Positions 48,714-48,749 of a DNA stretch of 48,749 nucleotides are shown in pieces. The DNA is from Rickettsiales bacterium. Its GTDB lineage: Bacteria > Pseudomonadota > Alphaproteobacteria > Rickettsiales > UBA1997. The stretch covers positions 1 to 48,749 of the forward strand of contig JADHOZ010000001.1 of the NCBI GenBank assembly GCA_016778745.1. The letters are read 5' to 3'. Position 1 is the first letter of the stretch, and each line of letters begins with the position of its first letter. The notes beneath the pieces were generated by a model, which made no database searches, was not told the DNA's origin, and saw only the letters and a program-made list of their open reading frames with translations. The position numbers were made by a program, and so were the translations under genes.

Positions 48714-48749
48714 ATTTGATAATTAACTCCCTCTTTTAAATTAAAAAAT

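Noticed and set aside
1-48749. Scan for CRISPR arrays, tandem repeats, rRNA, tmRNA, RNase P or SRP RNA, prophage, toxin-antitoxin pairs or defence-system genes.
   Set aside because: No regularly spaced direct repeats, no rRNA-like or other conserved RNA signatures, and no nuclease, reverse transcriptase, methyltransferase or integrase genes were found. The only repeats are the two-copy tRNA-associated families reported above.

Overview
AT-rich (roughly 30% GC by eye, not computed) alphaproteobacterial chromosome segment, mostly housekeeping genes. Respiration and TCA: nuoE, petA-petB-petC, sucAB, sucCD, nuoG. DNA repair and replication: uvrB, recA, ssb, dut, rdgB. Oxidative stress: oxyR, then divergently ahpC-ahpD-dps. 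Biosynthesis: dapD, pyrD, argF, panB, murG. RNA and translation: a DEAD-box helicase, typA, rph, rlmN, rpsP. Also dnaJ and a hemD / Mic60-like / hemY-like cluster that is typical of Alphaproteobacteria. Four tRNA genes are present (Tyr-GTA, Gly-TCC, CAT anticodon, Arg-ACG). Several canonical operons are broken up (solitary nuoE, nuoG, rpsP, dnaJ, murG; sucAB separated from sucCD), as in reduced Rickettsiales-like genomes; the taxonomic placement is inference only. I see no defence system, CRISPR array, prophage or toxin-antitoxin pair. The most unusual signal is non-coding: a conserved, apparently structured element of about 130-166 nt lies immediately upstream of both tRNA-Gly and tRNA-Arg. 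In each case it is bracketed by a direct duplication of that tRNA's own 5' segment, and the two copies show compensatory base changes in three stems. Other points of interest: a conserved 36-nt trailer after two tRNAs; an accessory islet at 17.3-21.0 kb ending exactly at the tRNA-Arg 3' end; an MGMT-like gene translationally coupled inside the bc1 operon; a divergent enlarged GshB-like ATP-grasp gene; and an IS630-family transposase relic. Within the islet, the two reading frames of a cupin gene can be joined at an A_AAA_AAG heptamer.
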